Assembly: GCA_001949185.1 (NCBI GenBank)
Contig: BDGG01000018.1
Span: 124,001-188,000, forward strand
Source of the DNA: Ramazzottius varieornatus
Taxonomy: Eukaryota > Animalia > Tardigrada
Direction: 5' to 3'
Length of the DNA stretch: 64,000 bases
Shown here piece by piece: positions 63,560 to 64,000 of this stretch (position 1 is the stretch's first letter; the number at the start of each line of letters is the position of its first letter). A program made the translations under genes and the position numbers. Under the pieces are notes generated by a model. That model had not been told where the DNA came from and did no database searches. It saw nothing but the letters and a program-made list of their open reading frames with translations.

Positions 63560-64000
63560 CTTGCACGTAGCTGTGAAAATATTCGAGAGTGAACCAGCCG
63601 AAAGCTGTAGGCGCAAGCAAGATGCAAGTTCAGAAGATTCTGGCAGGTTCGCTCAGAGTTTCACGATGTTTGTACTCAGTCCTGGTTTGTCCGCGATGCC
63701 ATGACGAGAATCCGAATAACAACTTCTTGTTCTGGAAATTATGATTTAATCGACTTTTGAATTTTAATGTGTCTGGATATTAGAGAGACGGCGAATAATC
63801 TTATGTTATCATCAGAATAATATTGAAATCCGAAACGATAGAATTCTGTGGAGATTCGTTAAGAGCTGTTTCCGTAATGAAAGCGTGCTTATCAGTGAAA
63901 GCATTGCACATATTGATATTACTTGTCCGCATCCAACCCATGAAGTTCTGGATCCAGGCCTTGTTGATCGTCTCATCCGCATCCTCCATGTCCGCGAGGT
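63560..64000 (-). CDS. 3' exons of a minus-strand gene entering from beyond the window (unidentified)
   Basis: LADMEDADETINKAWIQNFMGWMRT followed by a GT donor and a downstream ccag acceptor. The lower limit is uncertain. Confidence 0.35.

Overview
Eukaryotic (animal) genomic DNA with short GT-AG introns and two 50-N gaps. The compact gene structure and gene content suggest a small invertebrate, possibly a tardigrade; this is inference and was not tested. Recognisable host genes are a divergent IFT54/TRAF3IP1-like gene, a class B (PTH-receptor-like) GPCR, a secreted bacterial-type GH114/TM1410-like glycoside hydrolase with an intron, a stand-alone PAW (NGLY1 C-terminal lectin) protein, a cytosolic FABP, a chromodomain/AT-hook protein, ATG3, SELENBP1, and a tandem trio of small Gly/Ser/Gln-rich disordered-protein genes. 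Receptor guanylyl-cyclase-like ectodomain pseudogenes occur in three places. DNA transposons are abundant: two full-length, intron-bearing Tc4/Tc5-like elements plus a related MITE (all with 3-bp TSDs), an element with hAT-type ends and an 8-bp TSD that carries a Harbinger/PHIS-type two-gene cassette, and many MITEs. The stretch from about 47.3 to 63.6 kb is largely gene-poor and made of decayed repeats.
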